Source of the DNA: Octopus vulgaris
Lineage: Eukaryota
NCBI GenBank assembly: GCA_951406725.2
Contig: OX597827.1
Location: 72,726,001 to 72,790,000 of the forward strand
DNA length: 64,000 bases
Direction: 5' to 3'
In this document: one piece after another, positions 61,706 to 64,000 of the stretch
Layout: every line of letters starts with the position of its first letter
Numbering within the stretch: the stretch's first letter is position 1
The notes under the pieces: model-generated
The model's database searches: none
Told to the model about the DNA's origin: nothing
Seen by the model: only the letters and a program-made list of their open reading frames with translations
Program-made: the position numbers and the translations under genes

Positions 61706-62004
61706 AGGTTACACAATCTATATACCCACACACATATACGTGTGTTAGGGTGGAGTGAAAATAAAAAATTATGGAAACTGAAAATACCTGAGGCCTAAAA
61801 TCTTAGATCAGTCAAGGGCATTTACTTGCTCAAACTCAGCTATTGCAAAAAAAATTTACAACCCCTATCCTTTCCATGCTGGTATGGATGGAACAGTTTG
61901 ACAGAAGCTGGCTAGGCAGAAGATTGCACCAAGTGTCAGGGGTCAGTTTTGGCAAGGTTTTTTTACAGCTGGATGCCTTTCCTATTACCAACCACCCCAG
62001 AGAG

Positions 62005-62037
<33 letters not shown>

Positions 62038-62351
62038 TCACACACAATGAGCTTCTTTCAGTTTCTGTCCACCAAATCCACTCACAAGGCTTTGGTCAGC
62101 CTGTGGCAATAGTAGAAAGCACTTGCCCAAGGTGCCATGCACTGGAACTGAACCTGGAATCATGTGGTTTGGCTGTAAGATTCCACACAGTCACACCACT
62201 GCCTGTTGAAAGATATTTTTATTTGCCTTTGGTGCATCATCAATCATATTGTTGCCCTCTGAGAATACAATGTCTTTCCTATTCATATGCTAACCCCAAC
62301 AAAAGATTTTTTTGGGGAAAATGCGTTTGAAATATAAATAATGTAACCGTT

Positions 62352-63338
62352 TTAACCCTTTCGTTACTGTATTTATTTTGAGATGCTCTGTGTTTCTTTC
62401 AATTAATTTTAAATATAACAAAGAATTTAGTAAAATAACTTAGTTATCATTAAGCTAGTGTTAGGAACATAAATTGTGACTAAGGTTTGGTGGAAGATTT
62501 TAATTCAAAACTTATGAAGACAAGACATTTGTACTACAGAGCCAGAGGCAGTTTCAGCCAGGTTGGTATCAAAAGGGTTAAGAATTGTTTCTCTATTATA
62601 TATTTTAACCCTTTCGTTACCATATTTCTGTTGAGATGCTCTGTGTTTCTTTCAATTAATTTTAAATATAACAAAGAATTTAGTAAAATAACTTAGTTAT
62701 CATTCAGCTAGTGTTAGGAACATAAATTGTGACTAAGGTTTGGTGGAAGATTTTAATTCAAAACTTATGAAAACAAGACATTTGTATTACAGATCCAGAG
62801 CCAGTCTCAGCTGGGTTGGTAACAAAAAGGTTAAGAATTGTTTCTCTATTATATATTTTAACCTTTTCTTAACTGTATTTATTTTGAGGTGCTCTGAGTT
62901 TCTTTCAATTACTTTAAATATAACAAAGAATTTAGTAAAATAACTTAGTTATCATTCAGCTAGTGTTAGGAACATAAATTGTGACTAAGGTTTGGTGGAA
63001 GATTTTAATTCAAAACTTATGAAAACAAGACATTTGTATTACAGAGCCAGAGCCGGTTTCAGCTGGATTGCTATCAAAAGGGTTAAGAATTGTTTCTCTA
63101 TTATATATTTTAACCTTTTCTTAACTGTATTTATTTTGAGGTGCTCTGAGTTTCTTTCAATTACTTTAAATATAACAAAGAATTTAGTAAAATAACTTAG
63201 TTATCATTCAGCTAGTGTTAGGAACATAAATTGTGACTAAGGTTTGGTGGAAGATTTTAATTCAAAACTTATGAAAACAAGACGTTTGTGCCACACAGCC
63301 AGAGCTGGTTTCAGCTGGGTTGGGAACGAAAGGGTTAA
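62352..63338. repeat. Four tandem copies (about 252-bp period) of a TTAA-flanked piggyBac-like MITE
   Basis: ttaaccctt...aagggttaa units separated by gaattgtttctctattatatatt. Confidence 0.9.
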
Positions 63339-63578
63339 ATATTTAATTATAAGAAAATTTACAGCCCCTTCTAAACACCCACTGCTCCACCACCATAGGG
63401 CTCTCAGAACACTTGCACTTTTGTGTGCTCACAATGTCCTTAAGTGGGTACTATTACATAGGTTAATAATCACTGATTTTGAGTGCACAGTCTAACCCTA
63501 ATTCCATGAATTCCTTGTGAATTAAGCCAGTTTCATTTCGTAAGGTACGTCTAAGGTGGTACCACAGTTTGTCTCTTT

Positions 63579-63628
63579 TACAACAGAACAGAAACAACAC
63601 CAGAATCAAAATTTAATGAGAGTTTATT
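63579..63628 (-). terminator. Polyadenylation signal and downstream GU-rich element
   Basis: AATAAA on minus at 63623-63628, followed about 25 nt later by gtgttgtttctgttctgttg. Confidence 0.55.
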
Positions 63629-63700
63629 CAACTAGTTAAGTTGCAGTCATAGATTTTGAAGTGTGAAAAAAAAAAAACAATGGAAATAATAAATAATTCT

Positions 63701-63760
63701 TTACTTCGTAAGGACTTCACCAGTTCCTGAGAAAGCTTCAAATTTAAACTTCATAACCTG
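63701..63760 (-). CDS. Probable terminal coding exon of an upstream gene (QVMKFKFEAFSGTGEVLTK*)
   Basis: Long T-rich tract and tag|cag acceptor; open to TAA; AATAAA and GT-rich element downstream. Confidence 0.55.
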   Translation of the reverse strand, partial: QVMKFKFEAFSGTGEVLTK

Positions 63761-64000
63761 CTACAAAAAACAAAAACAAAAACAAAATATAAATAAAAAA
63801 TACATATATGCATATTTATATACATCAACAACATCAAAATTTAACATTTAGTGTTCGTTTTTCCATGCTGGCATGGGTTGGATGGCTCCTTAGTTGCAGT
63901 GAAAGCAATCAATCAAGGAAAATGAATACAACAAAATCAAATACCCTCATCCAACATGTCCATAAGCCAGCATGGAAAAATATGGCTGATAAAACTAACA

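Noticed and set aside
62487-63495. Four similar ORFs MVEDFNSKLMKTRH...
   Set aside because: Translations of the tandem MITE units

Overview
Eukaryotic, AT-rich, repeat-saturated genomic DNA. The SINE families, microsatellite load and element mix suggest a cephalopod such as Octopus (inference, not checked). One complete protein-coding gene can be assembled by hand: CUTC (copper homeostasis protein CutC) on the minus strand, 8 coding exons with GT-AG introns, 55197->34315, 750 nt / 249 aa. A probable last exon and poly(A) site of a second minus-strand gene lies at about 63580-63760. Almost all ORFs in the supplied track are microsatellite or SINE translation artefacts. The rest is mobile DNA: at least four tRNA-derived SINE types, RTE, CR1/L2-group, CRE and R4/NeSL-type LINE fragments, maT (DD37D) and mariner transposase remnants, a Helitron 3' end, several MITE families, Penelope-type remnants with hammerhead-ribozyme motifs, and a U6 snRNA 5' fragment. 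The most unusual items are (i) an RTE 3'UTR built from modules sharing a conserved possible-pseudoknot core, one module expanded to 14 near-identical 66-bp copies; (ii) two adjacent perfect inverted repeats in CUTC intron 3; (iii) several minimal hammerhead motifs; and (iv) SINE and MITE tandem arrays that look like nascent satellites. I see no firm evidence for a wholly new system; the candidates are hypotheses.
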